A DNA stretch of 64,000 bases from Balamuthia mandrillaris (GCA_031835245.2 JAVKOQ020000084.1:62001-126000); one strand, 5' to 3'; counted from the first letter of the stretch, positions 38,144 to 55,548 are shown. Numbers and translations: made by a program. Notes: generated by a model not told the origin, from the sequence alone.

Positions 38144-38174
<31 letters not shown>

Positions 38175-38250
38175 ATTCAGTTCTTGTTCATGTTCTTATT
38201 CTTATTCTTCTTTTTCTTCTTCTTCTTCCTCCTCCTCCTCCTCCTCCTCG
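37915..38250. repeat. Mixed (TTC/TTG)n intronic trinucleotide array
   Basis: Read directly from the sequence. Similar arrays at ~46020-46365, ~52445-52625 and ~54500-54645. Confidence 0.9.
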
Positions 38251-40892
38251 TTTTGTGCTGCTGCGTTTTAATTCCAACGCACAATTCTTTTTCACAGTGC
38301 ATGGCTTCGAGAAGACCAACTATTCTCAAATTGTTGTTCACGGAGAGTTATACATGCGCGAAAACCAAGACGTCTCCACAAGTGGTGTTTCAGTTCTCAT
38401 GACGAACCATTGGGCGGCTCTAGCGGGGGATGCTTCTCTACGATCGCCTTCGTTCATTTTGTTTGATTCCCTCCGCGGCAGCAACGTAACCAAGGTGGTT
38501 AAAACGTTTACATTTTACCACTCTGACGTTCTTGAACAGCCAAAGCTCTCCAATCCTATATGCCATTACATTCCACCAAGATCAAAATTTGAGAGTGTAG
38601 ACTGTATCTCGCCAACGTCTCGTCACGATTTGAGCTATCTTCTGACTTCCGCTGGCATCAGTGACGACTGTCCTTCATGTACAGCTTCTGCCTTTCACTC
38701 TATTCTTCCTCCTTTAATCAAGTTGTGCCTATGTGTTTTGCAGATACTTTGATGTCCAGGAACTCCTGTGTGTTCAGGAAGAGGAAGATGCATCGATGGT
38801 TATTGTCTTTGTGATCCAGGATGGGCTGACCTTGATTGCAGTGCTGGTACAGATATTTCCCTTCTTTTCTCCTTCTTCGTTTGTGTCCTTCATGCCAATG
38901 CGTAGATGGTGAGAGCATATCTGCTGGCTGGACTCACTTGTTTGTTTACTGACGCACAACACTATTGAAGGATGGAGTGGGGAAGCATGTGGAAAGGCGA
39001 CTTGCCCAAACGACTGCACAGATGAAGAACACGGCTATTGCGACACATCTTCCTTGAAGCCTGCGTATGCAACCCTGGCTTCGTTCCAGGATTACAAAAG
39101 GACTGCTCACTACATATGCTACGTTGCCCAGGTGCGTTCTCTTTCTCGTCTTTACTTTCATCATTCTTCTCACTCTTTTGTTTAATTATTTGTTTGTTTT
39201 ATAATCATTGCGCAGGATTGGAAGAACCATGCTCAGGGTTCGGAACGTGCAACAACCAAACGGGAAACTGCTCTTGCCTGCCAGGGCGAACAGGAGCGGA
39301 TTGTTCCATCCCAGTGTGCGAAGGAAGGCCCAACCAATGTTCCCATCACGGGCTTTGCCTTTGGGATGAGCAAAGCAACAAGGCGTTTTGTGATTGTGAT
39401 GAAGGGTGGGGTGGAGAGGATTGTTCTCTCCCTCAATGTCCTCAATGTAGCGGTGTGTGTAAATACAGGGAATCCCGAATGTCACGGACATGGGCGTTGT
39501 ATTGCCAGAGAGAGAAACTTAACCCCACAATGCGAATGCAGAAAAGGCTGGCTTCCTCCTGATTGTCGTTTGGGTACCTCTCTTCCTCTCTTCCTCTCTT
39601 CGCTCTTTTCTCCTCTCTTCATCGTTCTCTTCTTCTTTTCTTCTCATTTTATTGAAGAAAAACCTGAACATTTCTCACATCGAAAAAAGCGATATGCAGT
39701 GCAGAAGATGGAGAGAGAGAACGTTCAGGACGAGGGAGGTGCAATCTTTAACTCTCGGCTCCACAATGTCAGTGCGATGCTTTCGCTTATGGTCCCTTTT
39801 GTCAATTTTGTTCGTGCTCTCTCTCCTCGCTTCTGTTCGTACCTGCATCTCACCTGTTTTCGAACAACAGATGATACTCCATGTGCAGGAGAGCCAGAAT
39901 GTGCAGGCCATGGTCAGTGCATCAACGGCACTTGCCATTGTAATGAAGATTGGCGAGGGTTGGATTGTTCCATCATTGGTACGGCAAAACATATTTCTTC
40001 TTCTTGTTCTTCTTCTTTCTTGTCGATTCTTTTTTTCTTTCTTGTTGTTTCTTCTTTCTTTCTTTCTTTTCCTGGTATTCTTTTTGTTTCTCTGACAGCA
40101 AGTCAATAACAACGAAACCGTCAAACAGCTCATCAAGGAGAATGTGCCAACAATTGTTCTTCGAATGGAGTGTGCAAACCATCGTCCTCATCAGGAGGAG
40201 AGAACCTCCTTCCTGTTTGTCATTGTTTCGAAGGATGGGCTGGCACGGATTGTTCGCGCTCTGAAGCAAACCAAGAAGAGGAAGACTTCATGGAGGAGCA
40301 TCCCTGGGCTCTTCCTGTTATTGTGGTCAGCATTGTTGGTTTGCTGCTTTTGGGAGCGACGGCAGTTGGGAGCTTTGTGGTTTATCGCCAAAGAGAAGCC
40401 ATAAAGTTAACGTCTAGACGTGGCAGCGTTAACTTTTAAAACGGGCAGAAAAATGTGCCCCTTCTTCTCTTTGGCTGTTGTTTGCGATTGTACTGACACA
40501 CGTTAGCATTTTTTATTGAACAAATAGTGGTTTTCATTTAAAATATATGAACGTGCATGTTGGGGCTGTGAGCACTCGCTACACTTGGCGTTGAGCAGAT
40601 TCAGAGAAGAAAGCGAGAGAGGTTTTTTCTTCTGCACTCTTTCCCCAACCAGGCCAATATCAAATTGAATGAATCTGCAAGAGAATGCGTTTAGACTCTT
40701 CTTGTTCTGTCTCAGCTTCCGCTTCCAAAAGGAGAGACTTCTTCTCCCGTTACTGGCGTAGTCTTTGGTTTGTTAATGAGCTACGTATTATTAACCAGTA
40801 ATAAATGTTATCCAATAGGTGCCCGCGCGCGACAACAGAAGGCCATTTTTGACTTTACTGAAAGTAAACAAACCCTTGGTTGCGCTGAAGGA

Positions 40893-41936
40893 ATGGAGAA
40901 AGCGTTACGGTTAGGGTTCACGGTCTTGTGCTTCCTCTCGGCCCTTTCTTTCTTCGGTTCTTGTGCGGCGGCTACACTGCGGTGGAGGAATGCTGGCATC
41001 AGTGGCTATTGGTTCGTTGCCAACGGTCCCCAAGCTGCCTTTTTTTTTTTAACGTGAAGAGCTCACAAACTTCCGCCAAACAAACAGGGATGACCCTACC
41101 AACTGGATAGAGAACGTGACAGGAGTGGCCCGCGTTCCCACCAAAGAGGACGATGTCATTCTCGGAGGAGTGCTCGACTTTCGTTTCCTCGGAGTTTACT
41201 CCGTGTTCGTCCACGTTCGTTCTGCCTCTTTTTGTTTTGGTTGCTTTATGTCCTCCGAGAGAGCTCTCTGCTTCTTCCTCCTCGCTCTTGTTTCTTCTTT
41301 TGTGTTCTATGTTTTGTTGAGAGAAACCAACCTTTGTTGTTATGTATCTCAAAAAGCGGCTTGACCGACCCGTGGAAGTGAACTCCGTAACCATAGAACC
41401 CTGCGAGGCCTGCTTTTTCTTGGAGTACTACCAGTACAGCCTTTGGGACGGCACCCAGTACGTTGAAGGGACGGGCAAAGCTGACCCCAACCTTGGAGCC
41501 CATTGCGGGGTGACGGTGGACGTGATCGCCCCAACCACGTTCGTGGTAAGGCAGGACATTGCTGTTGGTGAAAACTCTTTCCTGCGGCTGAGCGGCAGCG
41601 ACCAGGATCCTTGGCTCAAGGCGTTCGTTTCCTTTTCACTGTACCCTTTCTTTTTTCGCTGTTATTATTGACTTTGGGCTGGCTGCAGGAAGGCAAAGCT
41701 CGGGGAAGGAGGACGGTTGGTACTCCAAGGAGGAGGACTAACGGGCAACGGAGAGATTCATGGCCGCGTGATAGCGCAAGGAGGCTCGACCATCAGCCCC
41801 TTGGTTTATTGGCAGGAGGGACCCTACCCGGAGGAGAATGGGTTGGCTGGCTCTCTTCATTTCTTTGGCAATCTGGAGCTTCATTGGGCTGAACTACTTT
41901 TCTTTGGTTCGTTATTGTCTGCGCCTTATCTTCTCT

Positions 41937-41978
<42 letters not shown>

Positions 41979-44795
41979 CTTTGCTCACAAATGTAACAAA
42001 TCCGTTGCAGTGAATGGCTTTGACAAGGCCAACTTTTCTCAAGTCATCGTGCATGAAGAACTCTTCATGAAGCCGCCTCTTCACCCGGATGCCGCCGAGA
42101 ATGAACTCGGTAAAGCCAACATGATCACCGTTTACGCAGGTGCCGATTGGACTGATGTTCTCCAGAACAACATCCACGTGCAAACGCCATCTTTAGTTTT
42201 GTACGAACGCCTAGATAGAAGTGGCAGTAACGGCACGACTTTTGTGAACAAAACAAGCTCTCTCGATAAAGCCTATGAGATGAAAGTGACTTCTGATGGC
42301 CCATGCCGTTTTGACCCGCTCAATCCTGAAAACGGTCCCGATAGCTGTCAAGAAAGCACCTCTCGCCACGACTTGAGTTTTTTGCTTTCCTCTTCCATCG
42401 CCATCCCTGAGTGTCCTGTCTGTGCGTATTTTCGTTTCATTTGGTTGAGCCACCTCATCTAATCCGTTCTATCAAATAAGATGGTTGTCCAGGCATCCCT
42501 GAATGCTCCAACAAAGGCTATTGTGAGGATGGATATTGCATTTGTAACGAAGGCTGGGCTGGTCTGGATTGCAGTGCTGGTCAGAAATCCTTCTTCTTCT
42601 TCTTCCTCGCCTTCTTTCTTTTTCTTCTACTTCTTCTTTCTTCTTCTTTTTATGTCCTTTCTGCTTGTTTAGTTTGTAATGCTTTGTTTTTTGTGGGTGT
42701 GTTTCCAAAGAGGATTGCCCAGGAAGCCCAGATTGTAATGGCCATGGCTATTGTTTAGTGGATAGCAGGGATGATATACCAAAATGTCAATGCCTTGATG
42801 GTAATTATATTTGTAACTATATGTGCTTTCGTTGATGTTTTCTAACTCTAAAAAAACAGGATGGAAAGGAGAGGCTTGCCAAACAGCGGAATGTCCGAAT
42901 GATTGCACGGACGAGGAACATGGCTACTGCGACTCTACCACATTGACCCCCTCCTGCGTTTGCCATGTGGGTTATCTTTTGGGTCCTCAACTGGATTGTT
43001 CTCTTCCTTTTCAACGATGTCCAGGTATTGTCGCCTGTTTTCGGAATATTTCTATATCTTCAGCAAACTCAACAAAAAAAAAACATTTAGGATTGGAGGA
43101 ACAATGCTCAGGGTTTGGTACGTGCGACAACCAAACAGGGAACTGCTCTTGCTTGCCAGGACGAACAGGAGCGGATTGTTCCATCCCAGTGTGCGAAGGA
43201 AGGCCCAACCAATGTTCTCATCACGGGCTTTGCCTTTGGGATGAGCAAAGCAACACAGCCGTTTGTGATTGTGATGAAGGATGGGGTGGAGAGGATTGTT
43301 CTATTCCCAAGTGTTCAACATGTTCAGGCCATGGCATTTGTGTGACGGAGTTGGATCCACCGCGATGTCTGTGCGATGGCCCCAAAGATATTGTTATTGG
43401 GGACGTTTCTCTCAGTGACGCTGAAGGATGGACGGGTGACGAATGTGAAGAGCTGGTGATGAACTGTAACTCAGAGGAAAGTCAGTGCGGAACACGATGT
43501 GGAGATAATGGCGATGAAGGATATGGATGTATGACCAACGAGTGCCCAGAAGGATGGAAAGGATGGGACTGCACCACACGTTCGTTATATTCCTGCTTGT
43601 TTTGTTCTGTTCTTTCCACTAAGCGCGTTTGTTTTTGTTGTAGCGGTGTGTGTAAATACAGGGAATCCCGAATGTTACGGCCATGGGCAGTGTGTTGCAA
43701 GAGAAAGAAACTCAACCCCACAATGTGAATGCAGAAAAGGCTGGCTTCCTCCTTATTGTCGTTTGGGTACCCTTTCCTCTCCTCTCCTCTCTCTTTTTCT
43801 CTCACTCACTCTCCTCTCTTCTCTTTTCTTCTCCTCGTCGTTTTCGTCTTTCTCTTCTCTTCATCGTTCTCTTCATTGTCCTCTTCTCTTCTCTTCATCA
43901 TTCACTTCACTTCTCTTCTCTTCTCTTCATCGTTCTCTTCTCTTCTCTTCATCGTTCTCTTCTCTTCTCTTCATCGTTCTCTTCTCTTCTCTTCTCTTCT
44001 CTTCTCTTCTCTTCTCTTCTCTTCTCTTCATTTTATTGAAGAAAAACCTGACCATTTCTCACATCGAAAAAAGCGATATGCAGTGCAGAAGATGGAGAGA
44101 AAGAATGTTCAGGACGAGGGAGGTGCAACCTTCATCTCTCGCCTCCACAGTGTCAATGTGATGCTTTCGCTTATGGTCCCTTTTGTCAATCTTGTAGGTC
44201 CTCCCTCTCTCTTTTCTTGCTTCCTTTCTTCCTGTTAACTCATGCATGAATGCAAAGATGATCCTCCATGTGCAGGAGAGCCAGAATGTTCAGACCATGG
44301 CCAGTGCAAAAACGGAACTTGCCATTGTGATGAGGATTGGCGAGGATTAGATTGTTCCATCATTGGTAATGCCACCGTTTTTCTCCTTGTTTTTCTTCTT
44401 TAAGCTTCTTTCTTTTCTTTTAGTTCGTTGAGGCTTCGCTGACAACAAGTCAATAACAACGAAACCGTCAAACAGCTCATCAAGGAGAATGTGCCAACAA
44501 TTGTTCTTCGAATGGAGTGTGCAAGCCATCGTCCTCATCAGGAGGAGAGAACCTCCTTCCTGTTTGTCATTGTTTCGAAGGATGGGCTGGCACGGATTGT
44601 TCGCGCTCTGAAGCAAACCAAGAAGAGGAAGACTTCATGGAGGAGCATCCCTGGGCTCTTCCCGTCATTGTGGTCAGCGCTGTGGTGCTGCTGACTGGTG
44701 GAACGATCGTTGTTGCTGGCGGCGTCATGGTATATCGCCACCGAGCTGCAATGAGGGAAACCTCCGAGTCCGCCATTGGTATGATCAATTTTTAA
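40893..44795 (+). CDS. EGF-repeat (tenascin-type) type I surface protein paralogue B
   Basis: Signal peptide MEKALRLGFTVLCFLSALSFFGSCAA, N-terminal W..NW..VPTKEDDVILGG domain, roughly ten CSGxGxC..CxCxxGWxGxDC repeats, TM and tail ending MINF. The junctions checked are in frame. Confidence 0.87.
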
Positions 44796-45006
44796 AAGCT
44801 GTATGTTAGATGATAAAGAACGCATAAAGCCCTTGCAAAGCTAAACAGACACTATCTTGGTTCCTGCTCGAGGTACTACTGTTAATGGTTTTGGTGCATG
44901 TTTCTTTTCGGTTAAATGGCAATATTGTTCGTGGCCGGTCTGGCAGTGATAAGTCAACCAAAAAAAAAAAGGCGAAAAATAAAATGATCATTACAATTGT
45001 GATTAT

Positions 45007-45132
45007 TCCAATTGGGGGAAATAGACAAGAACAAGCAAAAACTGCTAGTTATATTATCCTTTTTTTTTGGTAGTCAAGCCAACATGCCTTGGTTACCACC
45101 CGAAAGTCTTATTTAGGGCTCTAATTGAGCTC
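45007..45132 (+). mobile_element. Short relic of the 29.7-32.4 kb DNA transposon
   Basis: TCCAATTGGGGGAAATAGACAAGAAC matches 29712-29737 with 1 mismatch. ACCCGAAAGTCTTATTTAGGGCTCT (45098) matches 31701-31725. Confidence 0.65.
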
Positions 45133-45319
45133 AGCATTATTTTATAACCAACATCTCACCCCTTTTTCAAAAGCAATCGCCCTTCCTTTTGCTATATTAA
45201 AAATCATCATTAAAATTTTTATTTGAGAAATGTTATGAGTGAATTTGCACGAGAATCGGCGATACCACACACACTGCAAGAAACACCTTTTACCACAAAG
45301 CAGAACCAAGGAGGAAAAG

Positions 45320-49166
<3,847 letters not shown>

Positions 49167-49217
49167 CAACAATAAAAACTCTTTATGTACATACAATAGA
49201 AGGAACAAAGGAGGTTG

Positions 49218-52200
49218 TTAGAAGTTGACGGTATTACTCATTTCTCTTCGTGATTGTTGTGAGGCCCTCTTGAAAGCAACTTTTCTCCGATAAACGAGCG
49301 AAGCCGAAACCATAGCCGCGATTGCAACTATTGATATCACAATAACAGGAACGGCCCAGGGATTCTCCTCCATGAAGTCCTCTTCCTTTTCCTCATGTTC
49401 ACTCGAGCGAGAACAGTCCGTGCCGAACCAGCCCTCAAAGCAATGACAGACTGGAAGGAGGTTCTTTCCTTCTGATGAGGACGATGGTTTGCACACTCCG
49501 TTCGAGGAACAGTTGTTGGCGCATTCGCCTTGATGGTCTTTTGATGTTTAAAACAAGCCGTAGAAGAAGTTAAAGGTGATGAAAAAGTAAAGGAACACAA
49601 ATGGTACAAACCAATGATGGAGCAATCCAAGCCTCGCCAATCCTCATCGCATTGGCACGTTCCATTAATGCACTGGCCATGACCTGAACATTCAATTTCT
49701 CCTGCACATGGAGGATCATCTGTCATCGTTATTGTTGTTGTTTAGGGTTGTTAGTTGTGTTTGAGCGACAGATACAGAGAAGAGAGGACACCGAATTGAA
49801 GAACGAAAAGCATGACAGACGTACAATGCTCGCAAAGAGGACCATAGGCAAATGGAGCACATTCGCACCGTGGAGGAGAAAGATGAAGATTGCATTTGCC
49901 TCGCCCTGAGCATTCTGTTTGTCCTGCTTCTACACTGCACATTGCTGAGTTGTTGTTTGTTAATGTTTGTATGTTCTGGACTTCACCTAAAATTGTGGAA
50001 ATGCTGGCATACGTACCTAAACGACAATCGGGAGGCAGCCATCCTTCTCTGCATTCACATTGTGGTGGCGAGTTGGTGTCTTGCGCCACACATCTGCCGT
50101 GCCCATGACACTCTGGATTCCCAGTGTTGATGCACACCGCTGCACCAATAAACAGTAACAAAGCGTTAACACTGAAGAAATATAACAAAGAAAACCCGAT
50201 ACGAACGAGTAGTGCAGTCCCATCCTCTCCATCCTTCTGGGCACTCGTTTGTCATACATCCGTATCCTTCATCTTCATTTTCTCCACATCGTGCTCCGCA
50301 CTGACTTTCCTCTGAGGTGCAAGCCATCACGAGCACCTCACATCTTTCTCCAGTCCATCCTTCTGCATCACTCACAGATGCAGTCTCTCCAACCAGAATG
50401 TCTTTGGGTGCATCACACAGACATCTTGGAGGATCCAACTCCGTCACACAAACGCCATGACCAGAACAAGAAGCAGAAGGACATTGAGGGAGGGAACAAT
50501 CCTCTCCACCCCATCCTTCATCACAATCACAAAACGCCTTGTTGCTTTGCTCATCCCAAAGGCAAGGCCCGTGATGAGAACATTGGTTGGGCCTTCCTTC
50601 GCACACTGGGATGGAACAATCCGCTCCTGTTCGCCCTGGCAGGCAAGAGCAGTTTCCCGTTTGGTTGTTGCACGTTCCGAACCCTGAGCAGACAGTTGGC
50701 AATCCTTACGTAAGAGACGGGCGGCACCACATGGGTAGTAAATGAGCAAAAAGATAAAATACCTGGACATCGTAGAAAAGGAAGAGAACAATCCAGTTGA
50801 GGACCCATAAGGTAACCCACATGACAAACGCAGGAGGGAGTCAATGTGGAAGCATCGCAGTAGCCATGTTCCTCATCCGTGCAATCGTTTGGGCATTCCG
50901 CTGTTTGGCAAGCCTCTCCTTTCCATCCTGTTTTCGTGAGAAAAATTCTACACTCAGTGCTGTTTTCAACAGGAATAAATAATTGAATATAAACGTGCGA
51001 AACCTTCAAGGCATTGACACCTTGGAGTATTGTCTTTGTCATCCACCAAACAAAAGCCGTGACCGCTACAGTCGGGCGTTCCTGGACAATCCTCTTTTTA
51101 AAACAGAGAATCACATAATGTCAGTATGTCCAAAAGAAATAAAAAAAAAAGAAAAAACATCACCTGCACTGCAGTCAAGATTGGCCCAACCTTTGTTACA
51201 AACGCAGTAACCATCCTCACAACGTCCTTGGCCAGAACATTCAGGAACGCCTGGACAACCATCTATTTTCATAGAAGGAGGAATCAATGAAAATGACAAT
51301 AACAAGAAGGCAGGAAAGCGAGAAAGGTGTGCAAAGGATTTCATACAGGCAGGACACTCCGGAATAGCCCCGGAAGCGGAAAACAAAAAGCTCAAATCGT
51401 GACGAGAGGTGCTCTCCTGGCAGCTGTCGGGTCCAAGTGTAGGCTGTATGGGCGTACCAGAACATGGTGCTTCGACAATATTTAGAGCATTGGCTACCAA
51501 AATATAGCTTCTTTTTTCTACGAATGTTGTTTCGTTACTCCCGCTGATGCTTTGGTACAGAACCAAAGATGGAGTTCGAACGTTGCTGTTCTGAAGGAGA
51601 GAAGTCCAGTGAGATCCCGCATGGATGCCGATCATGTTTGCTTTGTCGATGTAGTTGTCGGTGGGGTTTGGGAACAGAGGGGGTTTCATGTAGAGATCTT
51701 GGTGAACGATGACTTGAGAAAAGTTGGACTTGTCGAAACCGTTCACTGCAGCGGTTTTATAGGAATAGAGCATTAGAGGATAAGATAAGGAGAGTTAGAG
51801 GGAGCAAGAGAAACCGAAAAAAAGAAGTTCAGCCCAATAGAGAGAAAGGTTGCCAAAGAAGTGAAGGGAGCCCGCAAGCCCACTCTCATTAGCATAGAGT
51901 TCCTCCTTCCAACAAACTGCAGGGGTGATGAGCGAGCCCTCATCAGCAATCACGTTGCCAAACACCTCTCCATTTCCGGTCAATTTGCCCCTTTGAAGCC
52001 GTAAGCCTCCTTCACCAAACTTGACTTTGCTGTAGTGTTTTAAAAATAAAACAAAGTCAAAGACAAGAACATGGGAAAAGGGAGAAAAGAAGCGAAAACA
52101 ACGAACGCTGTAAGCCATGGGTCTTCGTCACTTCCGCTGAGCCTCAGGATAGAGTTGGAGCTGACCCTCATGGTGTCCCTCACCACAAAGGTGGTTGGGG

Positions 52201-53000
52201 CAATCACGTCCAAAACGACCCCGCAATAGACGCCGTCTGAGGACTCAGCTTTACTTCTTTCAAGGTAATGCGTACCATTCCAAATGTGAAATGTGTGGAA
52301 GATGATAGCAACACAATGCTTGCACGAGTCCGTTATTACCGAGTTCACCTCCACAGGTCGGTCAAGCCGCTGGTTTATTTTGTTCTAATATTAGAAGAAA
52401 AGGAGGGGAGGAAGAGCAGGAGGGAGAAAGAAGCAAGAAGCAGGATAAAGAAGAAGAAGAAGAAGAACAAGAACAAGAAGAAGAAGAAGAAGAAGAAGAA
52501 GAAGAAGAAGAAGAACAAGAACAAGAAGAAGAACAAGAAAAGCAGAAGCGGAACAAGAAGAAGAAGAAGAAGAAGAAGAAGAAGAACAAGAACAAGAACA
52601 AGCAAGAACAAGAAGAACAAGAAGAAGGACAAACGTGGATAAAGATAGTATAAACGCCGTGAAAACGATAGTCCACAGTGCCCCCAAGAACTACGTCGTC
52701 GTCTTTTTGGGGACGCGCGCCGCTCCCGTGCCTTCCTCCATCCAGTTCGTCGGGTCATCCCTCATTATTTTTCAAAACATGGGAAAGAGTAGCGCACCGG
52801 TGAGCAGCTTGACTTTGCGCAAATATTTATTTATCTTAAAAGTACCAGTAACCACTAAGCCCGGTGTTTCTCCATCGAAGCACGGCAGCTTCACACCCAG
52901 CAGGCTCCCACAACGAAAGGAGAATCAGGGGCAGGGGCAGTAGCAGTAGCACCGCAAAGCCAGGTTGAAAGGACGGAGATCCCGCTTTCCTCCCCTGCAT
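49218..53000 (-). CDS. EGF-repeat type I surface protein paralogue D (inverted; apparent 1-nt frameshift in exon 2)
   Basis: MQGRKAG..AVLLLLPLPLILLSLW..AVLRWRNTGLSGYW, EGF repeats, TM and tail TVNF. The A5 run at 52704-52708 is one base short of frame. Confidence 0.78.
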
Positions 53001-53271
53001 TCAGCCTTGCTTTTCCTCCTTCCAGGGGACGTCGTGGCACCGCAGCAGCTCGAGCTAATAATGACCCTCCTAATGAAACGCCCCGACGTGTAGTCGCAGG
53101 GATCCGGAGTTATTAATATGAAGAAGACCGATATTTTGATTTGTAGTTGGTGGTTTGAAATGAAAATTAAAAGATCAATTTAGTTATCGATCTTGGTTTT
53201 GTGATCGTCTACAAATATGGTGACATTATAACGGTGTTTACGCCGGAACGGAAGCTGGCACCATATTGTGC

Positions 53272-53695
53272 TCAAGAAGCCCTGCGCCGCAACAGCAGTT
53301 GGGTGCCGTGCTTCGGAGTGGCAGTTAGTCCTATCTTCATCTCAAAGAGGGTTGCTGGCTTCACACCCGGAGGAACGTGAATGCTGAACGACCGCACAAT
53401 GGAGGCCAGCAGAAGCACGGCCTCCACCTCAGCGAATTTCATGCCTAAGCAACTCCTGTTCAGTGTGTAAAGAGAATGAGCGGGGTCAAAGTTAAAGAGG
53501 GAATGCTGGTTAAACGAACCGTCGGCCCCCAGAAAACGGAGCAAAGGCGTATGGATTTACACTGGTTCCACTGTCCTCGCTCATCTTGAGGAACCTCTCC
53601 GGTTTAAATATATCAGGTTCTTGCCAGTATTTCTCGTTGCGATGCAGCACATTCAGTGCAACCGATACCGTAGTCTGCGAAAACCAGTGAGTCAG

Positions 53696-53755
<60 letters not shown>

Positions 53756-55548
53756 GTGTTTGACGTACATTCTTCGGGATAAGGTAGCCACCGATCATAA
53801 CATCTTCTGCCGCCATCTTTGGAACCATGCTGACGGGAGGATACATTCGAAGAGTTTCCTTGAACACGCACATGGTGTAATTCAGTTTCTTGTAGTCTTC
53901 ATAGGTGAGTTGTAGTTGTTGTTCACCTGAAGCCACCTTTTCTTGCAACAGTCGCTGCACCTCGTCATACACCTTCATGTAAAAATTACCAGTTTCTGAG
54001 CACCCGATATTGCGTGAATGAATATCCTACCTTCTGTTGAGCGTCAGGATGACAAGCAAGCAACGCAAACGAGAAGGCCAATGTAAGAAAATGAAGATAT
54101 TGGCACGGATCTCCTCGTCTGTGAGACGAATGTTGGAGTGTGGGTCTTCAGCTCGGAGAAGCAGCGAAAGGAGGTCTGCTCTGCCAACGCTCTCACCCGC
54201 TTCAGCCTGTGGAGGTAGACGCGAAATGGGTGAGTTAAACGAAGGAAAGGGGGAAAGTGAAGATAGCTACATTCTGCTTCTTCTTTCTGTCCACGATGAA
54301 CTCGTTAATGTAGTTCTCAAACTCGGCGAAGCTTTCCTTGGCCACTTTGGGTTTGCCAAAGGGAACAAACTTGACGACGTTTGGCAACCCGAGCCGTAGC
54401 CATAGCAAATCCACGACATTGTTCACGCAGTTCTGGTGTGACACAAATTGACATTCAGTTAGGAACCTCTGAGCATAGGGAAAAAAAAGGAAAAAGAGAA
54501 GAAGAACACAAAGAAGAAGAAGAAGAAGAAGAAGAAGAACAAGAACAAGAACAAGAAGAAGAAGAAGATGAAGAAGAAGAACAAGAAGAACAAGAACAAG
54601 AACAAGAAGAACAAGAACAAGAACAAGAGCAAGAACAACAACAAAAACAAGAAAGGAGAATAAAGCTGAACCCAAAATGATAAAGTGTGACGAGTGCCTT
54701 CCTCCGGCTCGAATACTATCTCACTGCCAAAACCAGCTTCCGAAATGATTGCTAATGCAGTTTTGTTTATCTCGTGCAACATATCAACTTGAACTTCCCA
54801 CCGGGGACCTTTGTGTGTGGCCTTTGTCTCCCACTCTTGGAACAATTTGTGGCAGGAAGACACCACCACATTGCTGACCAGCTTCAAGTTGGCGATCGAA
54901 AAGGCAGGGGAGCATAACGATCTTTGAACAGCGTTAGTGCGTAGTTAAAGAAAACGAACAAAAGGGTGGAGGTACCTTTGTTTTTTCCATTGGGGTCCGG
55001 TTTCGGAGATGCTAACGATGTTTTCCCCAAACACTCTAATAACGTCATAAAGTGCGGGTGGCTTGGGAAACAACTTACTGTCCACAAAGAGCTGCTTCGC
55101 CATCTCCGCGTCGCTTTGTTGCAGTAAAGTCAGAACAGCACAACAAAGAGAAGCAAGAGAACCAAAAAATAAAACATGAGAGACGGCTTACTTCACTATC
55201 ACTTGGATTCTGTCGTGGGAGATGAAGGCTACGACCGGCGAGTTCTTTTCCTTAAAGATTCGCCTCCAGTGCAGCGAAACGTTCATGTCATACTGAAACA
55301 ACCAGCGGGGAGAGAGGTTCACCCATAACGAACCCCAGTGGAACAGTTGCCGGACATGGGGGATGTGACGGAACCGCCAGACCCGGTGCCAGAACCGCAA
55401 GATATAGAACCCCTTGAGATAGCAAGCTTGCATGAGAGGAAAAAAAAGCCAAGAACACGAAAGACAACCACCGTACCAAGCGAAGCAGAGAGAGGGCAAC
55501 AAGCCCAGCAACAGCCGCGAGAAACATTTGGGACCAGGCCACCTCCAT
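53272..55548 (-). pseudogene. Cytochrome P450 with a frameshifting deletion of the I-helix AGxETT motif (pseudogene or assembly error)
   Basis: N-terminal anchor, KETLRMYPPV (ExxR), KPERF and spliced FSGGRR/SCLG heme motif. DEEIRANIFIFL joins out of frame to TLAFSFALLACHPDAQQK at ~54085. Confidence 0.75.

Larger units (their letters stand above)
32509..40439 (+). pseudogene. EGF-repeat type I surface protein paralogue A (disrupted)
   Basis: Signal peptide, LRWRNAGISSHW/DDPTNW..PTKEDD, EGF repeats, TM and tail SVNF. Lesions: Copia insertion in exon 3, frameshift near 38745, deletion/frameshift at ~39440 and TAA at 39749-39751. Confidence 0.85.
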
